Shown here piece by piece: positions 62,190-64,000 of a stretch of 64,000 bases of DNA. The stretch is from contig CALRZV010000006.1 in the NCBI GenBank assembly GCA_943372745.1, positions 19,985-83,984 of the forward strand, read 5' to 3'. Numbering within the stretch: position 1 is the stretch's first letter; the number at the start of each line of letters is the position of its first letter. This DNA comes from Bradyrhizobium ivorense (lineage in GTDB: Bacteria; Pseudomonadota; Alphaproteobacteria; Rhizobiales; Xanthobacteraceae). Both the position numbers and the translations under genes were made by a program. A model generated the notes under the pieces. The model was not told the DNA's origin, ran no database searches, and saw only the letters and a list, made by a program, of their open reading frames with translations.

Positions 62190-62963
62190 ATGGCAGTTGC
62201 ATGCGTCGGATGTCGGGACGACATCTCTCTTCCCTTCACATTCAAGATGGCGTTCCAGCCGATCGTCGATCTCAATGCGCGGCGCGTCTGGGGATACGAA
62301 GCGTTGGTGCGCGGCGCCGATGGCGGATCTGCCTATAGCGTGTTGAGTCAGGTTTCGGAGGAGATGCGCTATCGGTTCGATCAGGCCGCGCGCGTGATGG
62401 CGATCGAAACCGCCGGTCGCCTGTTCCCGTCGCGCGATCTGCGGCTGTCGATCAACTTCATGCCCAATGCGGTGTATGAGCCCAGCGCCTGCATCCAGAA
62501 ATCGCTGGCCGCGGCCAGGCGTGTCGATTTCCCCCATCGCAATCTGATGTTTGAATTCACTGAAAATGAGCGCATCACCGACACTGCGCATGTGCAGAAG
62601 ATCGTCGATGCCTATCGCAAGTTCGGCTTCCTGACCGCGCTGGACGATTTCGGCGCCGGCTTCGCGGGACTCGGCCTGCTGTCGCGGCTGCAGCCCGATC
62701 TGATCAAGATCGACATGGAACTGCTGCGCGACATCCATCTGAGCAACGCCAAGCAGGCCATCGTTGCCGGCATCGTCAGCATTGCACGGGCGCTGGATAT
62801 CCAGGTGCTCGGCGAGGGCGTCGAGAGCGACGAGGAATTGACCGTGCTGCGCGCTGCTGGCATCTCGCTGTTCCAGGGCTATCATTTTGCCAAGCCTGCC
62901 TTGATGTCGTTGCCCGATGTGCCGCTGCTATCGATGCCTGTGGAAATCCGCGCCGCCGTGTAA
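62190..62963 (+). CDS. Stand-alone EAL-domain c-di-GMP phosphodiesterase with N-terminal CxxC
   Basis: FQPIV, YEAL, SINF, EFTE, LDDFGAG, IKID, EGVE, QGY all intact. N-terminus MAVACVGCRD. Confidence 0.9.
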   Translation: MAVACVGCRDDISLPFTFKMAFQPIVDLNARRVWGYEALVRGADGGSAYSVLSQVSEEMRYRFDQAARVMAIETAGRLFPSRDLRLSINFMPNAVYEPSACIQKSLAAARRVDFPHRNLMFEFTENERITDTAHVQKIVDAYRKFGFLTALDDFGAGFAGLGLLSRLQPDLIKIDMELLRDIHLSNAKQAIVAGIVSIARALDIQVLGEGVESDEELTVLRAAGISLFQGYHFAKPALMSLPDVPLLSMPVEIRAAV

Positions 62964-62975
62964 GCCGGGATCCCG

Positions 62976-63061
62976 GTGGGTGGGCAAAGGCGCCCTTGCG
63001 CCGTGCCCACCATCTTTATTGAGCGGTCGGTGGTGGGCACGCTGCGCTTTGCCCACCCTAC
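62976..63061. repeat. Family C GTAG-type REP doublet, 86 bp, inverted copy of 32069
   Basis: Reverse complement aligns without gaps to 32069-32154. One terminal GTAG has become GTGG. Confidence 0.88.
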
Positions 63062-63073
63062 AGTTACAGCCAA

Positions 63074-64000
63074 CTACACCCGCTCGATGATCGTCGCGGT
63101 GCCCATGCCGCCGCCGATGCACAATGTCACCAGCGCCGTCGACTTGCCGGTGCGCTCGAGCTCGTCGAGCACGGTGCCGAGGATCATCGCGCCGGTGGCG
63201 CCGAGCGGATGGCCCATGGCGATGGCGCCGCCGCAGACATTGATCTTGTCACTGTCGATGTCGAACGCCTGGATGTAGCGCAGCACCACCGAGGCGAAGG
63301 CTTCGTTGAGTTCGAACAGATCGATGTCCGACAGTTTCATGCCGGAGCGCTCCAGCACTTTCTTCGTCACGTCCACCGGACCGGTCAGCATCATCGCCGG
63401 CTCGGAGCCGATATTGGCAAACGCACGGATTTTCGCGCGCGGCTTCAGGCCCGCCTGCTTGCCGGCCTCGGCATTGCCGAGCAACACGGCGGCCGCACCA
63501 TCGACGATGCCCGACGAGTTGCCGGCGTGGTGCACGTAGTTCACCGCCTCGATTTCCGGATGCGACTGCAGCGCCACGCCGTCGAAACCACCCATCTGCG
63601 CGACGGTGGCGAATGACGGCTGCAACTGGCCGAGCGACTGCATCGTCGTGGTCGGCCGCATGTGCTCGTCCTTGGCCAGAATCGTGAGGCCGTTAATGTC
63701 CTTGACGGGGATGACCGAGTTCTTGAAACGGCCCTCGTCCCACGCCTTGGCGGCGCGCTGCTGGCTCTGCACGGCATAGGCATCGACGTCGTCGCGCGAG
63801 AAGCCGTATTTGGTCGCGATCAGATCCGCCGACACGCCCTGCGGCATGAAATAGGCCGGCACCGCGATCGACGGATCAACCGGCCAGGCGCCGCCGGAGG
63901 CGCCGATGCCGATCCGGCTCATGGATTCCGCGCCACCGCCGATGGTCATGGCGTGCTGGCCGGACATCACCTGCGCCGCGGCGAAGTTCACGGCGTCGAG
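63074..64000 (-). CDS. Acetyl-CoA C-acyltransferase (thiolase), 5' truncated by window edge
   Basis: [38 protein letters not shown]. Confidence 0.94.
   Translation of the reverse strand, partial: LDAVNFAAAQVMSGQHAMTIGGGAESMSRIGIGASGGAWPVDPSIAVPAYFMPQGVSADLIATKYGFSRDDVDAYAVQSQQRAAKAWDEGRFKNSVIPVKDINGLTILAKDEHMRPTTTMQSLGQLQPSFATVAQMGGFDGVALQSHPEIEAVNYVHHAGNSSGIVDGAAAVLLGNAEAGKQAGLKPRAKIRAFANIGSEPAMMLTGPVDVTKKVLERSGMKLSDIDLFELNEAFASVVLRYIQAFDIDSDKINVCGGAIAMGHPLGATGAMILGTVLDELERTGKSTALVTLCIGGGMGTATIIERV

Overview
GC-rich alphaproteobacterial chromosome segment. Gene content (irr with a GCPWHD motif, gcrA, the miaB-phoH-ybeY-CBS-lnt and murJ-trpS-usp-nfuA-tsaB-rimI-fur blocks) points to Nitrobacteraceae/Bradyrhizobiaceae; this is inference, and no search was run. 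Most of the window is core genome: ftsY/ispZ, fabAB-irr, tRNA and rRNA maturation genes, the complete phoR-pstSCAB-phoU-phoB locus, gcrA, argDF and beta-oxidation genes. I saw no tRNA, rRNA, CRISPR array, prophage or transposase. The most interesting signals: (1) a two-gene unit behind a perfect sigma54 motif, encoding a triuret-hydrolase (TrtA)-type cysteine hydrolase and an uncharacterised permease, with no neighbouring biuret or allophanate hydrolase; (2) four families of palindromic intergenic elements (13 copies), one of constant length with a hidden fixed-position core, several at apparent synteny breaks; (3) an Arg-rich uORF plus a terminator-like hairpin in the argD leader; (4) an Rv0899/ArfA-like BON-OmpA protein coupled to a small membrane protein; (5) a Tat-exported Mn-type SOD with Phe at the conserved Tyr34 position; (6) two exact EcfG-type promoters, an ICE-like Irr site beside fabA, and a CxxC-EAL protein inserted in the beta-oxidation operon. 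Many starts were moved from the ORF track to likelier codons.
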